IMG/VR virus record: IMGVR_UViG_3300032268_000986
Location: 62,001 to 126,000 of that record
DNA length: 64,000 nucleotides
Reading direction: 5' to 3' (one strand)
Shown: in pieces, positions 1-9,767 of the stretch
Position numbering within the stretch: the stretch's first letter is position 1
Layout: every line of letters begins with the position of its first letter
Program-made: the position numbers and the translations under genes
Notes under the pieces: generated by a model
The model's database searches: none
What the model saw: only the letters and a program-made list of their open reading frames with translations
Told to the model about the DNA's origin: nothing

Positions 1-526
1 GGGCACAGATATCCCTGGTGCTTATCCTGTCAACGACATTGTGGACGGTCTGCTACATGATCAAATTGTGGGTGTGGCCTCGGGTCGTGCCGAGTTTGGA
101 CCCAGGGCTCTGGGCAACAGAAGTTTGCTCGCAGACCCCAGAGGCAGCGAGATCAAGGGGAAAGTAAATGCAATCAAACGCAGACAACAATTTAGACCAT
201 TTGCGCCGGTTATTCTGGAAGAGCTGGCTGATCAGTACTTTGATATGCCTAGGGGTTTCGGTCACAGTAGGTATATGCAGTCAGTCGCTCGTTGCCGGCA
301 TCCTGACCTATTTCCTGCTGTCATTCATCATGACGGTACTAGTCGTGTACAAACTGTACCCCAGGATGGATCGGGAATTAGACAACTTTTGGAAAAGTGG
401 TATGCCTTGACCGGTTGTCCCATGTTGCTCAACACCAGTTTGAACATACGTGGCGAGCCCATGGTCAATGACCGATCAGACGCTGACAGATTTGAAATGC
501 TGTACGGTGTGCGAGTTTGCAGTTGA
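1..526 (+). CDS. Carbamoyltransferase (NodU/CmcH/TobZ family), C-terminal part; 5'-truncated by window
   Basis: Motifs GRAEFGPRALGNRSLLADPR, KRRQQFRPFAP, DGTSRVQTV, LLNTSLN. Confidence 0.93.
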   Translation, partial: GTDIPGAYPVNDIVDGLLHDQIVGVASGRAEFGPRALGNRSLLADPRGSEIKGKVNAIKRRQQFRPFAPVILEELADQYFDMPRGFGHSRYMQSVARCRHPDLFPAVIHHDGTSRVQTVPQDGSGIRQLLEKWYALTGCPMLLNTSLNIRGEPMVNDRSDADRFEMLYGVRVCS

Positions 527-527
527 A

Positions 528-1142
528 ATGTCAAGAATATACATCACTGGCGACAGTTTTTGTGCCTATCGTACAGATCCAGATCAACATTGGCCGGCTA
601 GACTAGCAAAAAATCTTGGACTAACATTAGAGGGTCGCGGCTATCCTGGTCAAGGTTGGTGGCCTTCCTGTCAGGATTTCAATTGGTACATAGGGTCAAG
701 GAAATTTTCAGAAACATCAGTGTTTGTATTTTGCCATACAGACTTAAATCGCCCAATAACCAATAATGAGTATTGCAAATTGGGTCTGACAAAAGAACAG
801 CAAGAGTTTTATTTTAGATATCTCCATGACCCTGCTGTTAACCAATGGTCCGCTAACAAATGGTATCGAGAGATTGCTACATCATTGATCAACAAAACTG
901 TGTTGCATTTGCATTTTGGTAGCAGTAATCAGAGATTGAGATCTCAACTGCCTGGCAAGCATCTAACACCAGAACTTGTGACCATGACATCATGGTTCAG
1001 CAACGGCAACACAGGACTGTTGCAGATGCATGAAGGGTACCCAAACCATTTTACTCCCAAAGTCAATGCCAAATTGGCTGACCTTATAGCTGCCAAATGG
1101 CAGCACAATGTCATTGACATTGCCAAGAGTGAGTTAGAATAA
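528..1142 (+). CDS. Hypothetical SGNH/GDSL-like protein
   Basis: N-terminal ITGDSF and C-terminal NH motif; ATG just after upstream stop. Confidence 0.55.
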   Translation: MSRIYITGDSFCAYRTDPDQHWPARLAKNLGLTLEGRGYPGQGWWPSCQDFNWYIGSRKFSETSVFVFCHTDLNRPITNNEYCKLGLTKEQQEFYFRYLHDPAVNQWSANKWYREIATSLINKTVLHLHFGSSNQRLRSQLPGKHLTPELVTMTSWFSNGNTGLLQMHEGYPNHFTPKVNAKLADLIAAKWQHNVIDIAKSELE

Positions 1143-1175
1143 TAAATATCTTTATTGCAAGGAATAAAGGTATGT

Positions 1176-2219
1176 TCAGAGGTAACTTTCTAGCCCACCG
1201 CGTCGACGAATGTCTTGTGTGCAGCATGAGATGCCACCGTCCCAGAAATAGCTGTGACGCAGTTCTGAGATGATGGGTTCAATGCCGTGTCTGCGACAGT
1301 AGTCAAACACCTGTTTGTTGTAGGCTGAGAAAATCACATGTGATTCGTCCAGCACAAGACAATTGACATCAAACACAGTTTCAGCCACAAAGCCAGTCCA
1401 GTTCTTGAGATAGGTGTTCACAAAGTCAGTGAACTCAGGTGTGGGTGTTTGTCCTTGCACGTACCATGCCCCAGGATTGTTTTCATACTTGAACTTGCCC
1501 ACTTCCATAGCAGCCCAGATTGAACTGTCCCATACCTTGCACACATCCCAGCCCGGGAAGTCGGCAGCAAGGTCCAGATTTACATCATGCTTGCTGCTCA
1601 ACAACACACCGGGTTTTAGGATAGCAAACACAGCATCGCCGTGTCCGTCTGTGATGGCTTCGTGTATGCGATATTCAGCACCCAGCACATTGTCCACGAT
1701 CCAACGTGTTTGATCCGGGCGCAAAAAATCTGAGTTGTCAAAGAACACATCACGACCCACTCGCACAATGCATGATGCCGACGCACCATTTAGGATGCAG
1801 TTCTCATCCCAGCCTGTGGCACCGTGTGGATTGATCACACTGCCCGGCTGTGCTGCTGCATACTCGGCACAGAGTGAATCAAGTTCCTGCATGGGCAACA
1901 CACGCAACAATTTATCGCCCAGTGTGATCTGCCAGTCTCTTGGTGTGAGTGGCGGCAGTGGAGCACCACTGCCGTTTATTTGTCCTTGAATGAATTGATC
2001 ACGATCGGGAAGATCTGGGCGGCGCACCCGAGCACCTGACTGCTCAATGGTGCGTTGCAGGTTGTCCAAGTCTTCGGCAGTTTCGTAAAGAATCTGTTGC
2101 AGTTGATTGCGAACTTGTGGGTTTTCAATAAAGTCAAAATAGTCCGGCGTGTAGGCCTGCCCCACAATGACTTCTTCCAGGGGTTGCCACGATGTGTAGC
2201 TGTTAACAATGTTGCTCAT
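1176..2219 (-). CDS. Amidinotransferase (glycine/inosamine-phosphate amidinotransferase, pentein family)
   Basis: N-terminal VNSYTSWQPLEEVIVG, PRD, GHGD, C-terminal DGGISCCT with catalytic Cys. Confidence 0.85.
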   Translation of the reverse strand: MSNIVNSYTSWQPLEEVIVGQAYTPDYFDFIENPQVRNQLQQILYETAEDLDNLQRTIEQSGARVRRPDLPDRDQFIQGQINGSGAPLPPLTPRDWQITLGDKLLRVLPMQELDSLCAEYAAAQPGSVINPHGATGWDENCILNGASASCIVRVGRDVFFDNSDFLRPDQTRWIVDNVLGAEYRIHEAITDGHGDAVFAILKPGVLLSSKHDVNLDLAADFPGWDVCKVWDSSIWAAMEVGKFKYENNPGAWYVQGQTPTPEFTDFVNTYLKNWTGFVAETVFDVNCLVLDESHVIFSAYNKQVFDYCRRHGIEPIISELRHSYFWDGGISCCTQDIRRRGGLESYL

Positions 2220-3378
2220 GCAGTCTCCTAATCAAGGTATTTAAACGCTCGCGCTTGCTGGCCATGAATAATTCCTGGTTGTGTGCAATGTCGCTTTGGG
2301 CTTGTATATTCAGTTCATGTAGGCAGGGCTGGGCTGCGTTGACCGCCTCAACCAGTCGTTGCCATCGCAGTGTGTGCGATGTTTCTAGATCATAACTGTT
2401 GTCTAGGATACCATCAAACACACGATACCCCAGATCACGTAGCACTTGCAAGCTGCCGGCGGCCCCGGCTATGAAAAACATCTGACCATGCTTGATGGGC
2501 TTGAATGTTTTTTCCGTGATATATGATCCGCCACTTTGATCCACATCAAACTGGCTTTCCAGCACAATGTTGCAGTAGGAGTTAAGGTGGTATTTGGGCT
2601 CCAGTTGGCTGTGATCATTGCGCTGGTCTTGGCTTAGTTCATCAATAATATAGGGCATGCCGGCCATGAAACGTTCGCGATTCCAGCGCAAGCGTGGAAT
2701 CATGTCTACTTCAATGGGGGAATCTTCTTCACCTGACGCAGGCTCGCAGTAACTCCAATAGGCATTGTCTAACAGTCCTTGAGTGTGTAAATCTGCCATG
2801 GCCGTGGCACGCCACCACCGGTGCAGTCTAACTAAAGCAGTGAACTCACGTTCACGAATGTTAGTATGCGGGCGCAGTGGCAATGCAGATTGATTGCGTT
2901 GATAATACCATAACTCAATTTCATGAAAAGTCACAAAGCCTGGCAACTGATCTGCGGCAGAATTGGCACTGACAAACACATACCATGAACTATCTCTCAA
3001 GGAATCTAAGCGGCGTTTGATGCGCTGTGGATTGTCGCCTTCGTGGTACATGAACAACACCTTTAGTTGCCCATGTTCAACAGCTGACTTCACAGCCGGG
3101 GGCAGCAGTTCAAAGTAATTGATATCAAAATCAAAAAATCCCAGGCAAATGGGATAGTAACTGTTGTCAGGATAATCAGTATCTATGGCATAGTTGTTGA
3201 TCACAACACCATGCTCGCGGCAGTACTCTTCTATGCGCAGGGGAGTGGTATAGGGCCAATGCTGGCCAAACTCACGCCAGCTCTGAGTATATGGTCGGCC
3301 TTGATGAATGGCCAAGGCCGGGTATATGCGGCCTTTGATGGTGCTGTCAACTACAAAATTAAACTCTAAATTCATCAA
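2203..3378 (-). CDS. Putative glycosyltransferase (GT10-like ITEK motif family)
   Basis: YITEKTFKPI...LRDLGYRVFD...SYD block shared with four paralogues in window. Confidence 0.55.
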   Translation of the reverse strand: MMNLEFNFVVDSTIKGRIYPALAIHQGRPYTQSWREFGQHWPYTTPLRIEEYCREHGVVINNYAIDTDYPDNSYYPICLGFFDFDINYFELLPPAVKSAVEHGQLKVLFMYHEGDNPQRIKRRLDSLRDSSWYVFVSANSAADQLPGFVTFHEIELWYYQRNQSALPLRPHTNIREREFTALVRLHRWWRATAMADLHTQGLLDNAYWSYCEPASGEEDSPIEVDMIPRLRWNRERFMAGMPYIIDELSQDQRNDHSQLEPKYHLNSYCNIVLESQFDVDQSGGSYITEKTFKPIKHGQMFFIAGAAGSLQVLRDLGYRVFDGILDNSYDLETSHTLRWQRLVEAVNAAQPCLHELNIQAQSDIAHNQELFMASKRERLNTLIRRLHEQHC

Positions 3379-4450
3379 GCATGCCCAGGAGCTCTTGCCA
3401 TAGTATCTTGGTCAGGCCACCGTTGTAGAAGTGATTGAAATTGTGTTCCACAATTTCAACGCAGGCCTGGTGTATGCGTTGACGTTCTTCAACGCCTAGA
3501 TTTTCTAGATGTTTCAACAACTGAGTGACCTTTTCCACTCGCAGTATGTCATCGGTTTCCAAGTCATAGCTCTCATCAAACACCGAGTCAAATGTGCGGA
3601 ACCCATATTCTCGCATGTAGGCCAGGCTGCCAGCAGGAGCCACCAACACAAACGGCATTTCCATGGCAATGGCCTTGAAGGTCTTTTCTGTGATGTGTGT
3701 GCGGCGTCCAAAGTACACAGTTTCAGTGGGCACGTATAGCAGGCTGTCGGCTGCTTCGTCGAAGTTTGTGAGCCAGCACGATGCCATTTGCTGAGTTTCT
3801 TCGCCGGGAAACAATTTAGGCAATGGCGCTGCCTCAAACACTTGCTCAATGTCGGGATATATGTTATTATACTTACGAGCTATCTCACTGATGTCGACAC
3901 CTTCATAGGTGCAGGTCCTAGGAGCTGATATCCAGTTGTGATCCAGCCCATGTTTGAATACATTATACAAGAACAACACACGATGATCACGCTTGCCGGC
4001 CACAATACGATTGGGACTCATAAAAGTCCGTGTGGGCTGCCGATCCCGTGCTCGAGGAATCAAGAAACTCTTGTCGTAGCCTCGAAACCAATCCTGACAG
4101 GCCCAACCATGATAAAAATAGTAATGTGGTGTCCAACCGTACACCCGACACATTTCTTCCACATGCTCGCCCTTTTCGCTAACTACTACATGACCTGGCG
4201 GTTGAACCCAAATATCATCGTTGCGGCGAATCACATCTTGAAACAACGGTTTGTGCAAGTCCATGTGAACAGGTTCTTGGTCATGCATGAATATATAATC
4301 AATTTCACGCACGTCGTCTCCGCCGTAGTTGAACAAACTTTCAGGATCACTACGTCCCGGGGGATCGCAAAAAAATACTCTAGTGCCCGGAACATGTCGT
4401 TGGATCCAGGGCCAAAATGTGTTGTTGTAAATTTCGTCAATTCTAATCAT
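3359..4450 (-). CDS. Putative glycosyltransferase (GT10-like ITEK motif family)
   Basis: HITEKTFKAI...YGFRTFD...ESYD block. Confidence 0.55.
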   Translation of the reverse strand: MIRIDEIYNNTFWPWIQRHVPGTRVFFCDPPGRSDPESLFNYGGDDVREIDYIFMHDQEPVHMDLHKPLFQDVIRRNDDIWVQPPGHVVVSEKGEHVEEMCRVYGWTPHYYFYHGWACQDWFRGYDKSFLIPRARDRQPTRTFMSPNRIVAGKRDHRVLFLYNVFKHGLDHNWISAPRTCTYEGVDISEIARKYNNIYPDIEQVFEAAPLPKLFPGEETQQMASCWLTNFDEAADSLLYVPTETVYFGRRTHITEKTFKAIAMEMPFVLVAPAGSLAYMREYGFRTFDSVFDESYDLETDDILRVEKVTQLLKHLENLGVEERQRIHQACVEIVEHNFNHFYNGGLTKILWQELLGMLDEFRV

Positions 4451-7400
4451 GTTTGATATATTTTATATTGGTAAGAAACCAAATCTATTTGCGCACGAAC
4501 AAGCTGTGGACAGTATTCAGCAGGCACAGCAACTGAGTCGCACACGTTTCTTCTGGATAGTCAACTACTTAGCGGTGCTGGATCACTGGGACTTTCTTTG
4601 GGAGCCTGCACCATGGCAAGCGCATCAACGACATGCCTGGCCTGATCAACATCAGCCTGATTCAGGAGTGTATCTGGTGCCCCGCACCTGGGACGGTCAG
4701 GAAACCAATTATCATGTTCATCCCCGGGTGTGCCATCGCACAGATCCAGAGTTCTGGCATGTACCAGACTGGATTGATCCTGCCAGCATTGACCAGACCT
4801 GGAGTCCAGATTCTGGCGCACCACCTTATATCTATGAGTTTCCCGTGGAATGGGGCTGGGACAGAGTGGGAGGTCCACAGTATTGCATGCCCGGTGCTAC
4901 CAACATCAAGTACATGGACAACTTTGTTGCTCGCACACAGCACACAGCTCTGCCCTGGTATCAACACTGTGCAGTAGAGTGGACTGATGATGTGCAGCGT
5001 TGGAGACCCAATCCTGCAGATCCTCCCTACAACTATGTGTTTGGTAACCAATGGTATTCAGCTGAAGTCATGCCCACTGTGGAGTACCGCATGCCCGGTG
5101 CAGTGAGCAAAAAGTACATGGATCTTCAAGTACGACTGCCCGAACATCATGACAATCGCTGGCACACTCTGTATGACTGTGAATGGGACTACAGCTGGGT
5201 TCCTGATCCCGGTGACCCGCCTTACATCTATGTGTGGGGCAACCAGTGGTGGAGTGCTGAAATCATGCCCACTGTGGAGTATCATGTGCCCGGCGCCACT
5301 GAACGCAAGTACATGACCTGGCCAGCCCGGCTATGCAAAGATCGCACCAACTGGCAAGTGCCCAACGGGGTTGACATCAACAGCATAGACTTTAGCTGGC
5401 AGCCTGATCCCGGTGACCCGCCTTACATATATGAGTTTGCTACTCAGTGGCAACCCACAGGCGGTGCTAGATATGTAGTACCCGGCGCCACTGAAGTCAA
5501 ATATGTGGACATACAGCATCAACGACTGAGTGATCGCACCAACTGGCAGGTGCCCAACGGGGTTGACATCAACAGCATAGACTTTTCCTGGCACCCAGAT
5601 GTCACTGAGCAACCTTATATCTATGAGTTTGCTACTCAGTGGCAGTCCAACGGTGGCGCACAATACACAGTGCCCGGTGCAACTGAACGCAAGTATGTGG
5701 ACATACAACACCGCAGGCTGGCTGATAGCACCAATTGGACTATTCCAGATTTTGTTGATGTTGACAGCATAGACTTTAGCTGGCACCCGGATGCTACAGA
5801 GCAACCCTATATCTATGAGTTTGCTACACAGTGGCAACCCACGGGTGGTGCTAGATATCATGTGCCGGGTGCGACTGAGCACAAGTATGTGGACATAGAA
5901 CATCGTAGGCTGGCTGATAGCACCAATTGGACAATCCCAGATCTAGTTGATGCCAACAGCGTGGACACATCCTGGCATCCCGGCAATACAGAACAGCCCT
6001 ATATCTATGAGTTTGCTACACAGTGGCAACCCACGGGTGGTGCTGTGTACACAGTACCAGGCGCAACAGAACGCAAGTATGTAGACATACAGCATCGTAG
6101 ACTACCTGACAAAACTGCGTGGACACTGTTGGAGGCTGTTGCTAGTTTTGATTACTCATGGCATCCGGACAACACTGAACCGCCTTACAACTATGTGTTT
6201 GGCAATCAGCACTGGCCGGCTACAGAAATGCCTACCACGGTGTACAAAATGCCAGACGCTGTGTCGGACAAGTTTGTGGATGTACTGGTTGCACGCCTGT
6301 GGGGTTGCATGGGCAACTGGGAGTTGTGTGAAGATATCGATGATGCCGCATGGGACTGGTCCTGGGTACCCAATCCCAAGGATCCACCTTACATCTATGT
6401 GTTTGGTAATCAATGGAATCCGCCTGAATTTAAAGCCAGTGTCAAATATCATGTGCCAGGTGCAACCGAAGTCAAATACATGGATCGTCGCACAACAAGA
6501 TTGCCTCAACCGCAGTTGTTTGCACACAACATTGCTGTGAGCAAGTTTGATTACTCGTGGGAACCAAATCCATTTGATCCACCGATGACGTATGTGTTTG
6601 GCAATCAATGGAACTCGGCTGTGCTAGAACCCACTGTGGTATACAATGCCGGAGGCACCGAAATCAAGTATGTGGATGACATCATTGCCACTGTGGCACA
6701 AGATGTCACTGCGTGGGAACTGCTAGACGATATTGAACAGTTTGATTACTCGTGGCGGCCCAATCCCAAGGATCCACCATATATCTATGTGTTTGGTAAT
6801 CAATGGCTGCGCCCTGAACAACGTCCTGCTCTGAAATATCATGTCGCTGGTGCAACTGAAATCAAATACATGGATCACCCACAAGCTCGCCGCAGAGGTG
6901 ATCACACAAGATTTCATCAGCACTGTGCTGTGGAGTTTGATTGGAGTTGGGAACCTGATCCAGGTGCGCCGGTCTACAACTATGTGTTTGGTAATCAGTG
7001 GCATTCGGCTGAGATCATGCCCACAGTTGAATATCGCATGCCCGGTGCCACCGAACGCAAATACATGCATGAGCCAACAGCCAAGTTACCTGAGAACCCT
7101 AACCGACCTTGGTACAATGTAGTTGAAAGCGACATGGATTATTCTTGGGTACCTGACCCAGGAGACCCTCCATACATTTATGTGTTTGGTAATCAATGGC
7201 ATGCTGCCGAAGTAATGCCCACTGTGGAGTATCGCATGCCCGGTGCCACCGAACGCAAATACATGGACTCACCAGTTGCTGAATTGTCGGCGGACATGAC
7301 ACACTGGTATGTGCCCGAACATGTTGATGTAACTGACATGGACTTTAGTTGGCAGCCTGATCCAGGCGAACCAGCCTACATCTATCAGTTTGCCACACAG

Positions 7401-8819
7401 CACCAAAAGACTGGTGGACCACAATATCGCATGCCCGGTGCCACAGAGTTCAAGTACGTGGACATAATGCGAGCCGAAGTTAAACGGGAAGCTGTGCCCA
7501 TCTTTGAAATTGATCACTTGGATGGTGCAGCCGGACAGATTCCAGACACAGTTCGACGAGTACGTTATTTTGACAACTACAGAGATACACTGATACGCTT
7601 GGCCAAGAGTCTTGTGGGAGAGTATGAGCATGTGTGGGTGTGTAGCAGCATCTGCGACTACACCAACTTTGACTTCTCATGGCATCCCGAAACATGGCAG
7701 AGCACAATGTTGCATGTGTTTGCCAGTGATGAACAAAAGTTTGGAGACACATTCTACATGCATGTTCCGACCTTTGCCAACCGTGCAGAAAAGAAACAGT
7801 TGTTGGAATGGTACAGTGTGAACTATGTACGTGGTCGATCAGTCCCTCGACGTCCTATACCAGTAATATGTCATGCACAAGACACGCATGTCAATGCAGT
7901 GATCAACAGTGATTTTGCAGGCCCTCTAGCACTGTTTACTACAGATACTGCAACAGTTGTGCCAACCGCAACGGTTGCTTTATGGAGAGCCGATACCAAG
8001 GCAATTACTCCTCTAACCAAGGGCGCAGTATCAGTGGTGGTGCCAAAGATAGCAGTACCAAGCATCTGCACACAGTTATATGATTATTCCAACATTGACA
8101 AGTCAAAGATGACTCATCCAGGCCGGCCACATGATGTTATTTTTATCAGCAACGGGGAAAGCATGGCCGATGAGAATTGGCACCATCTCAAGTCAATGTG
8201 CAGTCGAGCCAAACGCAGTGACGGGGTAACCGGCCGAGAACGAGCATACAAAGCCGCAGCCACCATGAGTGAAACTCCATGGTTTTTTGCTGTGTTTGCC
8301 AAGACAGAAGTTCTGCCCAGTTTCAAGTTTGATTTTCAAGCTGACTTGATGCAGCAGCCCAAACATTATATTTTCCACAGTCGCAATCCCTTGAATGGTC
8401 TTGAGTATGGTGCCATGAACATTAACTTGTACAACCGGCAGTTGGTGCTAGACACCAAGCCGGGAATTGACTTTACTTTAAGTGCTGCTCACGACGTGGT
8501 GCCAATCTGTGCCAGTGTCAGTCGGTTCAATACCGACCCCTGGGTTACTTGGCGCAGTGCATTTAGAGAAGTATTAAAACTCAAACAAGAAGTTGACCAA
8601 GGCGCGGATGTGGAGATTCAGTACCGACTCAAAGTTTGGACCACAGTGGCTGTTGGAGAGAATGCCGATTGGTGTTTGCGTGGGAGCGAAGATGCATTGG
8701 AATATTATGCATCAGTCCTGGGTGACTACAACAAGTTGATGTTGAGTTTTGACTGGGCCTGGTTGCAAGAATACTACTACTCTAAATACCAGACTCAGCC
8801 TTGGTTAGAATCTGCCTAG
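4449..8819 (+). CDS. 1456-aa Trp/Pro/Tyr-rich tandem-repeat protein with putative C-terminal glycosyltransferase-like domain
   Basis: About 14 clear copies of D(F/Y)SWxPxPxDPPYIYxFxxQW...PGATExKY; non-repetitive C-terminal region (DVIFISNGE...AAA...FAVFA). Confidence 0.7.
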   Translation: MFDIFYIGKKPNLFAHEQAVDSIQQAQQLSRTRFFWIVNYLAVLDHWDFLWEPAPWQAHQRHAWPDQHQPDSGVYLVPRTWDGQETNYHVHPRVCHRTDPEFWHVPDWIDPASIDQTWSPDSGAPPYIYEFPVEWGWDRVGGPQYCMPGATNIKYMDNFVARTQHTALPWYQHCAVEWTDDVQRWRPNPADPPYNYVFGNQWYSAEVMPTVEYRMPGAVSKKYMDLQVRLPEHHDNRWHTLYDCEWDYSWVPDPGDPPYIYVWGNQWWSAEIMPTVEYHVPGATERKYMTWPARLCKDRTNWQVPNGVDINSIDFSWQPDPGDPPYIYEFATQWQPTGGARYVVPGATEVKYVDIQHQRLSDRTNWQVPNGVDINSIDFSWHPDVTEQPYIYEFATQWQSNGGAQYTVPGATERKYVDIQHRRLADSTNWTIPDFVDVDSIDFSWHPDATEQPYIYEFATQWQPTGGARYHVPGATEHKYVDIEHRRLADSTNWTIPDLVDANSVDTSWHPGNTEQPYIYEFATQWQPTGGAVYTVPGATERKYVDIQHRRLPDKTAWTLLEAVASFDYSWHPDNTEPPYNYVFGNQHWPATEMPTTVYKMPDAVSDKFVDVLVARLWGCMGNWELCEDIDDAAWDWSWVPNPKDPPYIYVFGNQWNPPEFKASVKYHVPGATEVKYMDRRTTRLPQPQLFAHNIAVSKFDYSWEPNPFDPPMTYVFGNQWNSAVLEPTVVYNAGGTEIKYVDDIIATVAQDVTAWELLDDIEQFDYSWRPNPKDPPYIYVFGNQWLRPEQRPALKYHVAGATEIKYMDHPQARRRGDHTRFHQHCAVEFDWSWEPDPGAPVYNYVFGNQWHSAEIMPTVEYRMPGATERKYMHEPTAKLPENPNRPWYNVVESDMDYSWVPDPGDPPYIYVFGNQWHAAEVMPTVEYRMPGATERKYMDSPVAELSADMTHWYVPEHVDVTDMDFSWQPDPGEPAYIYQFATQHQKTGGPQYRMPGATEFKYVDIMRAEVKREAVPIFEIDHLDGAAGQIPDTVRRVRYFDNYRDTLIRLAKSLVGEYEHVWVCSSICDYTNFDFSWHPETWQSTMLHVFASDEQKFGDTFYMHVPTFANRAEKKQLLEWYSVNYVRGRSVPRRPIPVICHAQDTHVNAVINSDFAGPLALFTTDTATVVPTATVALWRADTKAITPLTKGAVSVVVPKIAVPSICTQLYDYSNIDKSKMTHPGRPHDVIFISNGESMADENWHHLKSMCSRAKRSDGVTGRERAYKAAATMSETPWFFAVFAKTEVLPSFKFDFQADLMQQPKHYIFHSRNPLNGLEYGAMNINLYNRQLVLDTKPGIDFTLSAAHDVVPICASVSRFNTDPWVTWRSAFREVLKLKQEVDQGADVEIQYRLKVWTTVAVGENADWCLRGSEDALEYYASVLGDYNKLMLSFDWAWLQEYYYSKYQTQPWLESA
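5340..6110 (+). repeat. Coding tandem repeat, 192-nt (64-aa) unit, most conserved copies
   Basis: gatcgcaccaactggca at 5340 and 5532; tatgagtttgctac recurs with the same period. Confidence 0.85.
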
Positions 8820-9767
8820 GTAAGGCTGTTTCAAGAACCAGTCTAGGTATGTTGGTATACCTTGTTCAATGTCAGTAACAGGGTTCCAGTCAGTGACTTG
8901 TTTCAACAAGTTGCTGTCCAGGGTATCTCGACTGGGGTAAAAATTGTCGTGTGGAGCCAGTATGATTTCAGCAGGTATAATAGACCTAACAATTTCAGCA
9001 GCCTCGATGATCTTTCTTCCATTGCCACGTGTGCAGTTGAATATTGAGTTTTCACATGCCTGATGTGTAGCAGCTTGAAAAAATGCTGACGCCACATCTT
9101 CGACCCAGCTGAAGTCAAGTCGGTTATCGGGACCATTGACATGAATTTTTCCAGTCTTGAGTGCATCCACAGCCATCTTGCTGATTACTCTAACCACCAT
9201 GTCTCGGATGCCGTACAATGCACTGGGTCGCAGGATCACATATTCAAGCCCATGCTCTTTGTGCCAAATCTTGCACATTTGTTCGCATTGTAGTTTGTAG
9301 CTGCCATACAGTGTTAGAGGATTACACACAGCAGTTTCATCGGGAATCTTGCCGCCAAACTCTCCGTATACCATGCTGGAACTGGCCAGCACAAACCGCC
9401 GAACCTGATGCTGAGCACACAGATCAAGTGCAATGGCAGTGGCAGTGATCATGTTGTTGGTGGCATCCACTAGATTCTTCTTGACCATTTTTGCGTTTGG
9501 ATACGTGGCCAAATCAATCACAACTTCGGGCTTGACGGAGTCAAATACTGACGCCATGAACTGTGGGTCTACCACATTTCCTTGAAAATGCTCATGAACA
9601 CCCATGTGCTCTAGTCTTTGTTCTATCACTGGCTGATATTCCCAGTCCTGATATTCACCGTAACGGTGATGGCAATCTACTGTGAACACCTGATGTCCGG
9701 CCCCACTGAGTTGACGCACAGTGTTATGGCCAATAAATCCATGGCCTCCTAAAATTAAAATCTTCAT
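8805..9767 (-). CDS. NAD-dependent epimerase/dehydratase
   Basis: GGHGFIG Rossmann motif, SSSMVYG, YGSYK (YxxxK). Confidence 0.93.
   Translation of the reverse strand: MKILILGGHGFIGHNTVRQLSGAGHQVFTVDCHHRYGEYQDWEYQPVIEQRLEHMGVHEHFQGNVVDPQFMASVFDSVKPEVVIDLATYPNAKMVKKNLVDATNNMITATAIALDLCAQHQVRRFVLASSSMVYGEFGGKIPDETAVCNPLTLYGSYKLQCEQMCKIWHKEHGLEYVILRPSALYGIRDMVVRVISKMAVDALKTGKIHVNGPDNRLDFSWVEDVASAFFQAATHQACENSIFNCTRGNGRKIIEAAEIVRSIIPAEIILAPHDNFYPSRDTLDSNLLKQVTDWNPVTDIEQGIPTYLDWFLKQPYLGRF

Noticed and set aside
5340-6110. Periodic DNA repeats as a CRISPR array or DGR template/variable pair
   Set aside because: The period is 192 nt, in frame within a long ORF, with no unique spacers and no cas or reverse transcriptase gene in the window
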